39,311 bases of DNA from a virus. Below are positions 15,458 through 25,783 of the stretch, piece by piece. Positions within the stretch are counted from its first letter, which is position 1, and every line of letters starts with the position of its first letter. Under the pieces are notes generated by a model that had not been told where the DNA came from, searched no databases, and saw only the letters and a program-made list of their open reading frames with translations. Where the stretch lies: the IMG/VR virus record IMGVR_UViG_3300029713_000019; one strand, written 5' to 3'. The position numbers and the translations under genes were made by a program.

Positions 15458-15805
15458 ATGGCCAATAGAAAAGTGTATGATCGAAAATATCAAATCGTTA
15501 AGAAAACCAAAGAAAACATGCAGAATCTGGGCACTTTCAAAAAAGAGTTCGAACCTACGATCCGAAGATATGCAGATGTAAGAATCCAATATGATTCTTT
15601 AAACCGTTCAATCGCAAAATCTCTAAAAAACTCTGAAGACATTCCACCTTCATATTTCAAATCAATTGATAATTTACAGAAACAATTGCTCGTACTTGAA
15701 GATACATTGGGTTTGACTCCAAAAGGATTAAAGACTTTACAAAGGCATGGCTTAGAAACGAAGAAAGTATCCATGTTAGAAAAGGCTTTAAGTGGCGGAA
15801 TTTAG
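15458..15805 (+). CDS. terminase small subunit (P27-like)
   Basis: About 115 aa; GAGGCAAGGAGGTGAGG RBS before the ATG at 15458; immediately upstream of and overlapping terL. Confidence 0.6.
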   Translation: MANRKVYDRKYQIVKKTKENMQNLGTFKKEFEPTIRRYADVRIQYDSLNRSIAKSLKNSEDIPPSYFKSIDNLQKQLLVLEDTLGLTPKGLKTLQRHGLETKKVSMLEKALSGGI

Positions 15806-17537
15806 TGGTAAGTATGCATCGGATGTCCGATGGTATTGCGAGCAAAGACTTTCTGGAAAGGTCAAATGTAATGAGTACCAGTTAAAAGGGATTGAAAGAT
15901 TTTACCGAGATCTTGAAAATGACAAATATGAATTCGATTCAAAGGATGCGGATTTCGTAATCGGTATTATTGAAAAAACGATTTGTCACATGCAAGGTGA
16001 AACACAAGAAGGAGAACCTTTACGAGGGACTCCTTTTCTTTTGATGCCTTTTCACAAATTCATTGTGTATAACATTTTGGGATTTTATCACAAAGGAACT
16101 TCGATCAAGAAGTTTCATGAAGCTTTGATCTTCATTCCAAGAAAAAATGTTAAAACAAGTTTCTCCGCATCCTTGGCTTATGCGCTTGGATTGCTTTATA
16201 GAAAGAGTGGTTCAAAAGTTTATGTTGTTGCTGCTGCATTGAATCAAACTTTGGAAACATTCAATTTCTTGAAGTACAACATCAAACACATGGGAGAGGA
16301 TGATAATGACGGTGGTCATTTTCATATCATCGACAATAATAACGAACATTCCATCAAGGCGGAGATTGCCGATGGAATGTTTGAGTTGAAGGCTTTGGCC
16401 GCCAATCCAGATGCGCAGGATTCTTTCAACTGTAACGTAGCAATTGCGGATGAGATCCATGCTTTTAAAAAGCCGAAACAATATAACCTTTTCAAAGAAG
16501 CGATGAAAGCTTATACCAATAAGCTCATGATCGGTATCTCTACTGCCGGTGATGATCCAAACAGTTTCTTAGCGCAAAAGGTCAAATATTGCAAACGTGT
16601 ATTGGATGGTGAAATCGAAGATGAACAATACTTCATCTTTATAGCGGAAGCCGATATGTCAACCAATGATAAAGGTGGTAAGTATTTAGATTATTTGAAT
16701 CCAGATGTGCAGGCAATGGCCAATCCAGGAATTGGTCAAAGCGTACGTGCTGCGGACCTGATGAACGATGCGATCCAAGCGCAGAATGATCCACAACAGA
16801 GAAAGGACTATTTTGCAAAATCGTTGAATGTATTCACAAATCAGATCGATACATATTTCGACATGCCTTTGGTTGTAGCATCGGATATGAAGTACGATTG
16901 GACGATCGAAGAACTGGCCAAGTTACCAATCAAATGGTATGGCGGTGCGGACTTATCCAAACTCCATGACTTGACCGGTGTGTGTATCTATGGCCGATAC
17001 AAAAATGTCGATATCTGTATCAGCCATGCGTTTATTCCAAAATCCGTTGCCAACTTAAAAGCAGATGAGGATAACATTCCAGTATTTTGGTGGGAAGAAG
17101 AAGGATGGTTGACGATCTGCAATAGCAACGTGATCGAATATGAAGAAGTTGTGAATTGGTTTATCAAAGTTCGAAAAGCCGGATTCAAGATTCGATGGGT
17201 CGGATATGACAGGCGATATTCAAGAGAATTCATATTGAAAATGAAACGTGCTGGATTCAAGATCCGAGATCAAAAGCAGTTATATGTTGAAAAGACGGAA
17301 GCCTTTCGAGAAATCGAAAAGAAATTCAATATGCAGGAATTCTATTACTTGCATAACAAAGCTTATGAATATTGTGTCGGGAATGTCAAAGTTGTTGAAG
17401 ACAGTGACGATTTTGTAAGATTTCAAAAAGTCATGCCGAACCAACGTATCGACTTGTTCGATTGCAGCGTGATCGGATGTAAACAAATGTTGATTGCGAA
17501 TGAGAAGTCGACATCCGCATCGATGTTTATTGATTAG
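15792..17537 (+). CDS. terminase large subunit (GTG start)
   Basis: 581 aa; N-terminal ATPase with Walker-A-like IPRKNVKTS; C-terminal nuclease region; GTG start at 15792 overlapping terS. Confidence 0.9.
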   Translation: MAEFSGKYASDVRWYCEQRLSGKVKCNEYQLKGIERFYRDLENDKYEFDSKDADFVIGIIEKTICHMQGETQEGEPLRGTPFLLMPFHKFIVYNILGFYHKGTSIKKFHEALIFIPRKNVKTSFSASLAYALGLLYRKSGSKVYVVAAALNQTLETFNFLKYNIKHMGEDDNDGGHFHIIDNNNEHSIKAEIADGMFELKALAANPDAQDSFNCNVAIADEIHAFKKPKQYNLFKEAMKAYTNKLMIGISTAGDDPNSFLAQKVKYCKRVLDGEIEDEQYFIFIAEADMSTNDKGGKYLDYLNPDVQAMANPGIGQSVRAADLMNDAIQAQNDPQQRKDYFAKSLNVFTNQIDTYFDMPLVVASDMKYDWTIEELAKLPIKWYGGADLSKLHDLTGVCIYGRYKNVDICISHAFIPKSVANLKADEDNIPVFWWEEEGWLTICNSNVIEYEEVVNWFIKVRKAGFKIRWVGYDRRYSREFILKMKRAGFKIRDQKQLYVEKTEAFREIEKKFNMQEFYYLHNKAYEYCVGNVKVVEDSDDFVRFQKVMPNQRIDLFDCSVIGCKQMLIANEKSTSASMFID

Positions 17538-17551
17538 TAGGAGGTGATATC

Positions 17552-18748
17552 TTGTCAAAGAAAAAGAATATTAAAAGAAAACAAACAAGATCTACTTCAA
17601 AACAAGATAGATCTTCCTTTGGATTATGTGTGAGTGACTGGGATTCCATCATTACCGATGGATATATTCCTTTATCCCAGAATCCAGAAATTATAAGTGC
17701 AGTCAATAAGATTGCCAATTTGGTAGGAACCATGACCATTTATTTGATGGAAAACCGAAAGAATGGGGACTATCGAATTAAGAATGCTCTATCTAAAATG
17801 GTGGATGTAACTCCAAATCCTTATATGACACGATCAACATTTATTGCAGGAATCGTGCGTTGCCTACTTTTGGAAGGCGATGGAAATGCAGTGATTTTTC
17901 CAAGCACGAAAAGTGGATTGTTGGAAGGTTTGTATCTGTTGTCACCTGGAACTGTCTCATTTATTCAAGATGGTTTTGCATACAAGATGGGATACAATGG
18001 AAAATACTATTCGAATGATGAATTGATCCATGTGGTGATGAATCCAGATCCATATTATCCTTGGAAAGGGACTGGATATCGGAAGTCTTTGAAGTCGGTT
18101 GCAAATACATTGAACCAAGCTTCATCGACAAAAAAAGAATTCATGGAAAGCAAATGGAAACCTTCAATCATTGTCAAAGTAGACAGTATGACCGATGAAT
18201 TTTCTTCAAAAGAAGGAAGATCCAAGTTGCTTGAAAAATATGTTTTATCAAATGAAGCCGGAGAACCTTGGTTGATACCAGCCGATGGCTTCGATGTAGT
18301 ACAAGTGAAACCATTATCACTGAATGATCTAGCGATCAGTTCCAGTGTGGAAATGGATAAAAAGACGGTGGCCTCTTTATTAGATGTGCCGCCTTTTGTT
18401 TTGGGTGTTGGGAATTTCAATCGTGATGAATGGAACAATTTTATCAACACTCGAATCAATGTGATATGCACTGCAATCCAGCAGGCATTCACACGATCAT
18501 TGTTGATCAATCCAGATTGGTATTTCAAATTCAATCGCAGATCGTTGATGTCTTATGACCTTCAAACATTGTCGACGGTGGCATGTGATTTGATGGCTCG
18601 AGGCATCATTTCTAGAAACGAAGCTAGAGATTCTATGGACTATTCACCGAGGGAAGGCCTAGATGAACTGGTAATGCTTGAGAATTATATACCGGCAGGA
18701 ATGATCGCAGATCAAAAGAAATTGAATCAAGGAGGTGAGAACAAATGA
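17552..18748 (+). CDS. portal protein (HK97-like)
   Basis: 398 aa immediately after terL; position and size typical. Confidence 0.7.
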   Translation: MSKKKNIKRKQTRSTSKQDRSSFGLCVSDWDSIITDGYIPLSQNPEIISAVNKIANLVGTMTIYLMENRKNGDYRIKNALSKMVDVTPNPYMTRSTFIAGIVRCLLLEGDGNAVIFPSTKSGLLEGLYLLSPGTVSFIQDGFAYKMGYNGKYYSNDELIHVVMNPDPYYPWKGTGYRKSLKSVANTLNQASSTKKEFMESKWKPSIIVKVDSMTDEFSSKEGRSKLLEKYVLSNEAGEPWLIPADGFDVVQVKPLSLNDLAISSSVEMDKKTVASLLDVPPFVLGVGNFNRDEWNNFINTRINVICTAIQQAFTRSLLINPDWYFKFNRRSLMSYDLQTLSTVACDLMARGIISRNEARDSMDYSPREGLDELVMLENYIPAGMIADQKKLNQGGENK

Positions 18749-19317
18749 GAAAAGAAAGACAGATAAGAAGTATCCATTCAAAATTTGAAACTCGTGAAGA
18801 TGAGGGGAAGAAATTCATTAGTGGATATTTCGCAGTATTCAATTCAAATTACGAATTGTGGGACAAAGCATCTGAAAGTATTGATCCGCATGCTTTTGAT
18901 GAAACATTAGGAAATGATGTTCGTGCATTGATTGATCATCAGACACATTTGGTTTTAGGTCGAAACAAGGCCGGAACATTGACATTACGCATTGATTCCA
19001 GAGGGCTTTGGGGAGATATCGAAATCAATGAGTCGGATCAAGATGCAATGAATTTATATGCTCGTGTTCAACGAGGGGATGTTGATCAATGTTCTTTTGG
19101 ATTTGACATCCAGGAAGAAAAATTCGAAGAACGTGAAGATGGTTCAGTGCATTGGACGATCTTAAAAGTGGATCTTTATGAAGTATCTGTTTGTACATTC
19201 CCAGCGTACGAAGAAACATCAGTTTCTGCACGTAAGGCCGACTTGAAATCAATTGAAAAAAGAAAGGTCGATCGATTTAAATCCGATCTTTTAAAACGTT
19301 TGAAAGGAGACAAATAA
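18745..19317 (+). CDS. prohead maturation protease (HK97 family)
   Basis: 190 aa; conserved block VRALIDHQTHLVLGRNKAGTLTL; between portal and capsid genes. Confidence 0.65.
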   Translation: MRKERQIRSIHSKFETREDEGKKFISGYFAVFNSNYELWDKASESIDPHAFDETLGNDVRALIDHQTHLVLGRNKAGTLTLRIDSRGLWGDIEINESDQDAMNLYARVQRGDVDQCSFGFDIQEEKFEEREDGSVHWTILKVDLYEVSVCTFPAYEETSVSARKADLKSIEKRKVDRFKSDLLKRLKGDK

Positions 19318-19319
19318 GT

Positions 19320-20993
19320 ATGTCATTAAGAGTTTTGATGGCTCGAAAAAAAAGAGATAACGCTAAAAAGCAACTAGAAGCTTTAAGAGCAAAAGATGCT
19401 GAATTTGAAAAAAGAGAAGCTGAATTAGCTGAAGCTGTAGAGGAATTAAACGAAGAATCTACTGAAGAAGAAAGAGCAGCAGTTCAAGAAGAAGTCGATA
19501 AATTCGAGCAGGAAAAAGCGGATCATGAACAAGCTAAACAAGATCTAGAAAAAGATATCGAAGAAGTAGAAAAAGAAATCGAAGAAGTCGAAAGTAAACA
19601 TCCGGAAGAACCAAAGAATCCGGAAGTTCCAACAGATGGTGAAGGTCAAGAAAGATCAAAAGGAGGATTTAAACCAATGAACAAAAGAAGCAAATACTTT
19701 GGAAATACGATTCAGGAACGTGATGCATTCTTTGCTCGTGAAGATGTAAAATCATTCTTAGGTAATGTTCGTACTGCAATCAAAGAAAAACGTGCAATCG
19801 ATAATGCAGGTCTTTTGATTCCTGAAGTTATGTTGCCAATCATTAAACAGATTGCAGAAGAAAATTCTAAATTATTGAAACATGTAACAGTTCGTAATAT
19901 TTCTGGTACAGGACGTCAGAATATCATGAATGATATGCCAGAAGGTATCTGGACTGAAATGTGCGCTTCATTGAATGAATTATCTTTAGGATTTAATGAT
20001 GTCGAAGTGGATGGTTATAAAGTTGGTGGTTACTTCGCAGTATGTAATGCAACTTTAGAAGATAGCGATGAAAACTTAGCTGCTGACATTGTGGAAGCAT
20101 TAGGGAAAGCAATTGGGAAGGCAAAAGATAAAGCGATCCTTTATGGATTTGGTACAAAAATGCCATTAGGTATTGTAACTCGATTGATGCAAGAATCTAA
20201 ACCAAGTGATTATTCAAACACTGCACGTGTTTGGAAAGATCTACATACATCAAATGTATTTACTGGTACAAACTTAAAAGGTGTTGCATTATTCCAAGAT
20301 ATCGTTGATAAATCATCTTGCACATACAACGATTATTCAAATAGTGAATTGACTTGGGTGATGAATAAAAAGACTAAGAATAAATTGATGATCGAAGCAA
20401 TGGGTACAAACATGAACGCTGCAATCGTAAGTGGTATGAATAATACGATGCCAGTTGTTGGTGGAGCAATCGAAACATTGAATTTCATTCCTGATAACAC
20501 GATCATCTTTGGACAATTTGATTGCTACTTATTTGCAAATCGTGCTGGACAGAAAATTGAACAATCTAAAGAATGCCGATTCTTAGATGATCAAACAGTA
20601 TTCAAAGGTACTGAACGTTGCGATGGTACACCAGTCATTGCAGAAGCCTTTGGTATCATGACTATTGATGATACTGCTCCTGTTAAGACAATCGCATTCA
20701 CAGCAGATACAGCTAATGATGCAACTTTGGAAAACTTGACATTAGGTTCTGAAACATTATCATTCAGTCCAGATACTTACGCATATTCAGTAACAGCTAC
20801 AGGTGCGGATGCTCAAGTAGATGCAGTAGCAGTACAAGATGGCGCACGTATCACTGTGGAATATGACGGAAAGAAAATCAACAATGGTTCAAAGATCAAA
20901 TTTGAAACAACAGAAAAAACATTGAAGATCAATGTTAAACATGGCATGGGAAATACAACTTATACCGTTAAAGTTAAGAAAGCGTCTGAGTAA
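19320..20993 (+). CDS. major capsid protein (HK97 fold) with N-terminal Glu-rich coiled-coil delta/scaffold domain and C-terminal Ig-like domain
   Basis: EEE/KKK coiled-coil N-terminus (about 120 aa), central capsid region, C-terminal beta-rich Ig-like segment (TYAYSVTATGADAQVDAVAV...TYTVKVKK). Confidence 0.7.
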   Translation: MSLRVLMARKKRDNAKKQLEALRAKDAEFEKREAELAEAVEELNEESTEEERAAVQEEVDKFEQEKADHEQAKQDLEKDIEEVEKEIEEVESKHPEEPKNPEVPTDGEGQERSKGGFKPMNKRSKYFGNTIQERDAFFAREDVKSFLGNVRTAIKEKRAIDNAGLLIPEVMLPIIKQIAEENSKLLKHVTVRNISGTGRQNIMNDMPEGIWTEMCASLNELSLGFNDVEVDGYKVGGYFAVCNATLEDSDENLAADIVEALGKAIGKAKDKAILYGFGTKMPLGIVTRLMQESKPSDYSNTARVWKDLHTSNVFTGTNLKGVALFQDIVDKSSCTYNDYSNSELTWVMNKKTKNKLMIEAMGTNMNAAIVSGMNNTMPVVGGAIETLNFIPDNTIIFGQFDCYLFANRAGQKIEQSKECRFLDDQTVFKGTERCDGTPVIAEAFGIMTIDDTAPVKTIAFTADTANDATLENLTLGSETLSFSPDTYAYSVTATGADAQVDAVAVQDGARITVEYDGKKINNGSKIKFETTEKTLKINVKHGMGNTTYTVKVKKASE

Positions 20994-20995
20994 TC

Positions 20996-21271
20996 ATGCT
21001 TTTCTATGATGAAGAAAAACTAGAAATTCTGAAAATGAACCTACAGCTACATACAACCGCCAACGATCAATTTTTAAAAGCTCTTTTAAATCAGGCAGAA
21101 GGCTTGATGGAAAGAAGAGGTATCAAAAAAGAAGATACGTACGAGTATCATATGGCACAGATCGATTATGCAGCTTTTTTGTTCCGTAAACGTGCGAATC
21201 TGGAATCATCTATCCCATCTCATCTGAAACAGGAGCTTAGAGATATCTTATTCTCTCAGAAAATGAAATGA
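20996..21271 (+). CDS. head-tail connector (gp6-like) protein
   Basis: 91 aa, position after capsid gene. Confidence 0.5.
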   Translation: MLFYDEEKLEILKMNLQLHTTANDQFLKALLNQAEGLMERRGIKKEDTYEYHMAQIDYAAFLFRKRANLESSIPSHLKQELRDILFSQKMK

Positions 21272-21621
21272 CATTTGATGATGGAATCGTCAAGGTTTAT
21301 GAAAAAATCAATAGAGCCGGCAAAGGGGAACTACCTAAGCCGGTTCTTTCTTTAAAATCTTGGCATTATTTTTCATACGGAGTATTGGGATATGGACGTT
21401 ATTACGAAGCAAAGAGGCTCGATGAACAGCTGGAAGACGTGATCAATATAGAAAGGAATCGTCAGATTCATGTCGATGATATCGTCATTCTTGAAGATGG
21501 AACACAGTGCAGGATTTCCACTGTAAAGCATGTAAAAGATGAAGATGGAATCGAATATACAGAACTGGCACTGGCACATATCAATGAAAAGTTTGATATC
21601 GAAAATCAAGAAATTCAATGA
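21268..21621 (+). CDS. head closure / head-tail adaptor protein
   Basis: Synteny. Confidence 0.4.
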   Translation: MTFDDGIVKVYEKINRAGKGELPKPVLSLKSWHYFSYGVLGYGRYYEAKRLDEQLEDVINIERNRQIHVDDIVILEDGTQCRISTVKHVKDEDGIEYTELALAHINEKFDIENQEIQ

Positions 21622-21922
21622 TGCGATCAAGTCGATCAGTATTGATGATGTATATCACTATGATGCATCCACCAGTTCGAGCCATCGATATGTTGTATGG
21701 GCAGAAGAAACGGAATCTGATTCGCTGGATCTGAATAATCATCTGGATGAACAGGTCATAAAAGGTTCTGTTGATCTATTTACAAATAAAGAATTTGATT
21801 CATTGGTCGATGAGATCCAGGAGACGATGGACAATAACGATATATCCTTTTCATTATTCAATGTTCAGTATGAAACGGAAACCGGATATATCCATTACAC
21901 CTGGAACTGGGAGGTATCCTGA
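21584..21922 (+). CDS. tail-completion / neck protein
   Basis: ORF overlapping upstream gene; the ATG at 21584 is the first in-frame start that does not run deep into the preceding gene. Confidence 0.35.
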   Translation: MKSLISKIKKFNDAIKSISIDDVYHYDASTSSSHRYVVWAEETESDSLDLNNHLDEQVIKGSVDLFTNKEFDSLVDEIQETMDNNDISFSLFNVQYETETGYIHYTWNWEVS

Positions 21923-22389
21923 TGGCCAAGATCGAGTTGGGTAAAGGGTTCGATGAATATGTAGCTATGTTGGAAAAACTACAGAAAGAAGATAACATAC
22001 CTATTATGAAAATGTCGGTATATGAAGGAGCCGGGGTCGTGGTCGATGCACTTCGTGAAGAGATTTCTTCTTGGTCAGGAGCGAATCCACAAAATGGTCC
22101 GACAACGACAGATAAAAAAGATCTTTTACAAGGATTGGGTGTTTCCAATATGGAATACAAAGCGGACGATGTAAATGTCAAAATAGGGTTTGCCGGATAT
22201 GGTCATAAAACAAAAAAGTATTCAGCCAAAGGAACACCAATTCCTATGATTGCTCGAAGCATCATTGCCGGTACTTCCTTTCGACCTAGATATGACTTTG
22301 TTGGCAGAATTGTACGACAAAATAGAAAAAAAGTGATCCAGATAATGGATAATAAGATAAATAAAGAGATAGAAAAGAGGTTTAAATAA
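21922..22389 (+). CDS. HK97 gp10-like tail component protein
   Basis: N-terminus MAKIELGKGFDEYVAMLEKL resembles HK97-gp10 family starts; synteny. Confidence 0.5.
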   Translation: MAKIELGKGFDEYVAMLEKLQKEDNIPIMKMSVYEGAGVVVDALREEISSWSGANPQNGPTTTDKKDLLQGLGVSNMEYKADDVNVKIGFAGYGHKTKKYSAKGTPIPMIARSIIAGTSFRPRYDFVGRIVRQNRKKVIQIMDNKINKEIEKRFK

Positions 22390-23006
22390 TGGCAAAAAAG
22401 GGACTATCAAGATTGTTCTTTGCAAAATATCAGTATGATACTGTTGGCGGTGCCAAATATACAGGCGGTTGTGAAACTGAAAAACTGGCATCCTATTCAA
22501 CAGAATTGGAATCGAACGATGATAATGATCTGTATTTAAATAATGGAATTGCCGAAACAGAAAAAGGAAGTTTCAGAAGCGGAACTCTAACACATACGAC
22601 CGGCGATCTAACTAATGAAACATCTTTATTAATTTTAGGTGCAAAGAAAAATACACCGAAAATCGAAGGGATTGAAGACGATATTGAGGAAATCGTATAT
22701 GACGATGATATCAAACCATCTGAATTAGGTGTTGGATTGATCGAATTGCATCAGGTTGATGGGAAAGAGTTCCATCGAGCAATTGTACTGGCTCGTGTAT
22801 TGTACAACCTTCCAAATGATTCAGCCAATACAAAAGGGGAATCTGTGGAATGGCAGACACAGGAAGTTTCCGGTAAGATCCTTCGTTCTGAACAGAACGA
22901 TTCTACTTACAAACATCCTTGGAAATTCAGTGCAGACTTCTCAACAGAAGATAATGCAGTTAAATACATCAAGTATAAATTGAATATTACTGATTCAGCT
23001 GGATAA
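22389..23006 (+). CDS. major tail protein
   Basis: 205 aa directly upstream of the G/GT chaperone pair. Confidence 0.55.
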   Translation: MAKKGLSRLFFAKYQYDTVGGAKYTGGCETEKLASYSTELESNDDNDLYLNNGIAETEKGSFRSGTLTHTTGDLTNETSLLILGAKKNTPKIEGIEDDIEEIVYDDDIKPSELGVGLIELHQVDGKEFHRAIVLARVLYNLPNDSANTKGESVEWQTQEVSGKILRSEQNDSTYKHPWKFSADFSTEDNAVKYIKYKLNITDSAG

Positions 23007-23024
23007 AAAAGAGGGAATTGATCA

Positions 23025-23435
23025 ATGCTTACGAAAGTAACTTACATCGATATTGAAGGGAAATCCTATCCAATGGTTTTTTCTTTAGCCTGTTTAAAAC
23101 ATATGGATGGTATTCAGGAAGTTTCAAAAAAAGCTAAACAAAATCAAAGCCTTTCGGATTCGGCAGACATCATCATTCGAATGTTAACTGCTATGATGAC
23201 AAGTGGGTGTTATTACTGCAATAATATGAATTTAACAAACTATCCGCATAGTCCGGCAATAAACGGAAAAATCAAACCTCTTAGTGAAGATCAAATCATG
23301 CATATGATTTCTGCAACGGAGGAAAATCTGAAATACCTGATCAAGAAAATTCAGCTATGTGTGAATGTTTCAAATTCAAAATCCATTCAAGCAGTAAATT
23401 CTGTCACATCAAAAAAAAAGAAGAAAAAACATTAA
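23025..23435 (+). CDS. tail assembly chaperone (gpG-like)
   Basis: 136-aa ORF ending in a poly-Lys tract encoded by a poly-A run, followed by an overlapping -1 frame ORF. Confidence 0.6.
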   Translation: MLTKVTYIDIEGKSYPMVFSLACLKHMDGIQEVSKKAKQNQSLSDSADIIIRMLTAMMTSGCYYCNNMNLTNYPHSPAINGKIKPLSEDQIMHMISATEENLKYLIKKIQLCVNVSNSKSIQAVNSVTSKKKKKKH

Positions 23436-23617
23436 GAGGTGATCCAGACTTATATCTCTATAGCCGTGCTATCGGTATGGGGATGCATCCCTCTTTTGTG
23501 ATGCATATGCCGAGAGGTGAATTGTCTGAAATCATTGATTGCAATTTGATCCTGAATGGATATTGCGATGAGTCGATTGTAAAAGATGATTCATATATAG
23601 ACATAGATCTGAAATAG
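23025..23617 (+). CDS. tail assembly chaperone GT fusion via programmed -1 frameshift at A AAA AAG (23414-23420)
   Basis: ORF 23357..23617 is in the -1 frame relative to the G ORF; the slippery heptamer A-AAA-AAG lies 5 codons before the G stop; conserved G/GT arrangement upstream of the tape measure gene. Confidence 0.5.
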
Positions 23618-23781
23618 GAGGTGGATAGAAGGCATACGACATTGGACCGAGAATATCCATCAAGGGGGAGCAGGAATTTAATTCTGCGATCCAAAAGATC
23701 AATCAAAGTTTAAAAGAGTATGGTTCTGAATTAAAGTCGGTATCTAGTCAGTTCGATGATAATGCGAACAGTCAGGAAGCT

Positions 23782-25779
23782 TTGATCCAAAAGAACCAGA
23801 CCATGCAGAAGCAGTATGATCTGCAGCAACAAAAGATTGAACTGTTGAATAATCAACTTGCCAAGCAGACAAAGTTTCTGGAAGAGCAGAGAAATGAAAT
23901 CGCACGATTAACAGCTGAGTTCGGTGAAAATTCAGCAGAAGTGCAGAAAGCACAGAATGCCTATGCATCCACCGAAACAACGATCTCAAAGTTGAGGGTT
24001 TCCATTAATGAAACTAAAAACTATACAAATCAACTTTCAAACAACATTAATAAAAACAATAAAATGCTGGATGAAATGGCATCTGGTTCAAGAGATGCAG
24101 CAACAGGTCTTGAAAAGGTTGGGGATTCTGCTAATTCTACAGAGAATGAAATCGATTCATTAAGTGATTCAGCTGATGATTTAAATAATTCTTTGAAAGA
24201 AGCGTTCAGTGCCGATGCTGTTGGTGAGTTTGCTTCCGGTATGATCGACAATATGAAAGGCATTGTCGAAGAATCCAAAGAGTATCTAAAGATCATGGGC
24301 TCTTTAAAAACCGCATCCGAAGGATTAGGATATACCAACGAGGAAACAACGAGCACATATAATCTTTTGTATTCTGTTTTGGGAGATACGCAGACGGCAG
24401 CAACTACAACTTCTAACTTACAAGCTATCGGCTTGGAACAAAGCAAATTGACTGAGATAACAAAAGGAGCAATTGGAGCCTGGGCACAATATGGAGATTC
24501 CATTCCTATCGACAGTTTGGCAGAGTCTGTGAATGAAACGATTCGTGTTGGTACTGTTACAGGAACCTTTGCAGATATGCTGAACTGGGCAGGAACCAGT
24601 GAAGATGCATTCAATGAAAAGTTGGCTAAATGTTCAAGTGAGAGTGAACGTGCCAATCTCGTTTTGCAGGAAATGTCCAAACAAGGGTTGATGGAATCGG
24701 CAGATGCATGGTTATCCAACAATAAAAATCTAGTCGATTCCAATATTGCTCAGGAGGAATACAACAAAACACTGGCAGATCTATCTGAAACGATTATGCC
24801 TTTGTTCACGGAAGTGATGAAGATTATGACAGTCATTATTCAGCTATTCACTTCTTTGCCAGAGCCGATTCAGATTGCAGTGGTAGCGATCCTTGGCATC
24901 ATTACAGCACTGTCGAGCCTGGCTCCGATCATCACCGCCATTGGATTTGCAAGCAGTGGTGCAGCTGTAGGAACAGGCGCATTGTCTACGACTTTATTGC
25001 CGATTGCAGGTATCGTTCTAGGAATCATAGCCGTCATTACTGCATTGATCCTTGTCATTCAGAATTGGGGCGCTATCAGCGACTGGATCGGGCAAAAATG
25101 GGAAGAATTGAAGCAATGGTGTTCCGATTTATGGAACGGCATCGTCAATTCCTGGAATACCGGGATAGAGAATGTAAAGAATAAACTAAATGAATGGGTT
25201 CAAAATATAGCAGATGGTTTTTCTTCTGCGTTGAATTCAGCTAGTCAGTGGGTGTCGGATATGGCCTCTGCGATAGCTCAATGGGCTTCGGATATGTGGA
25301 ATGGTAGTGTCAATGCTGTCAGCGATTTTGTAAGTAATATTGTAAACGGAATTGCTTCTCTTCCAGGCAAGTTCCTGCAGTGGGGGCGAGATATGATTGA
25401 TAATTTTATCAATGGTGTAAAAGAAAAATTAGGCGGACTGTTTGGTATATTTGACAACATAACCGGATGGATTCGATCTGTATTTCATTTTTCTGTACCG
25501 GATCAGGGACCTTTGGCCGATGCGGATACGTGGATGCCTGATTTTATGGATCTTTTAACAAAAGGTATTAAGGACAATAAACAAAAGGTGCAGAAAGAAA
25601 TATATGACCTTGCCAATATGATGACATTGCAACCATCCTATACCGCATCCAGTCGCACGGTAACCAATCCAACTGTGATCGTAAATTCAACGACTACATT
25701 GGACGGACGTGTCATTTCGAAAAACACGGAAAGACATATTGGAAACCGACAGGATAATCTAGAATTGATGAAGGGGTGA
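23782..25779 (+). CDS. tail tape measure protein (start uncertain; open frame extends upstream to 23629)
   Basis: 665 aa, coiled-coil N-terminal half, central hydrophobic segment (AVVAILGIITALSSLAPIITAIGFASSGAAVG...LVIQNW), repeated W-rich motifs; first canonical start is a TTG at 23782 but the frame is open from 23629 just after the AGGAGGTG RBS at 23616-23623. Confidence 0.75.
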   Translation: MIQKNQTMQKQYDLQQQKIELLNNQLAKQTKFLEEQRNEIARLTAEFGENSAEVQKAQNAYASTETTISKLRVSINETKNYTNQLSNNINKNNKMLDEMASGSRDAATGLEKVGDSANSTENEIDSLSDSADDLNNSLKEAFSADAVGEFASGMIDNMKGIVEESKEYLKIMGSLKTASEGLGYTNEETTSTYNLLYSVLGDTQTAATTTSNLQAIGLEQSKLTEITKGAIGAWAQYGDSIPIDSLAESVNETIRVGTVTGTFADMLNWAGTSEDAFNEKLAKCSSESERANLVLQEMSKQGLMESADAWLSNNKNLVDSNIAQEEYNKTLADLSETIMPLFTEVMKIMTVIIQLFTSLPEPIQIAVVAILGIITALSSLAPIITAIGFASSGAAVGTGALSTTLLPIAGIVLGIIAVITALILVIQNWGAISDWIGQKWEELKQWCSDLWNGIVNSWNTGIENVKNKLNEWVQNIADGFSSALNSASQWVSDMASAIAQWASDMWNGSVNAVSDFVSNIVNGIASLPGKFLQWGRDMIDNFINGVKEKLGGLFGIFDNITGWIRSVFHFSVPDQGPLADADTWMPDFMDLLTKGIKDNKQKVQKEIYDLANMMTLQPSYTASSRTVTNPTVIVNSTTTLDGRVISKNTERHIGNRQDNLELMKG

Positions 25780-25783
25780 TCAA

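Noticed and set aside
24030-24743. 237-aa minus-strand ORF, plus other antisense ORFs (18055..18534, 35352..35903, 30056..30543, 16212..16481)
   Set aside because: Lie entirely inside well-supported plus-strand genes (tape measure, portal, holin, fibre, terL) with no RBS; typical spurious antisense frames
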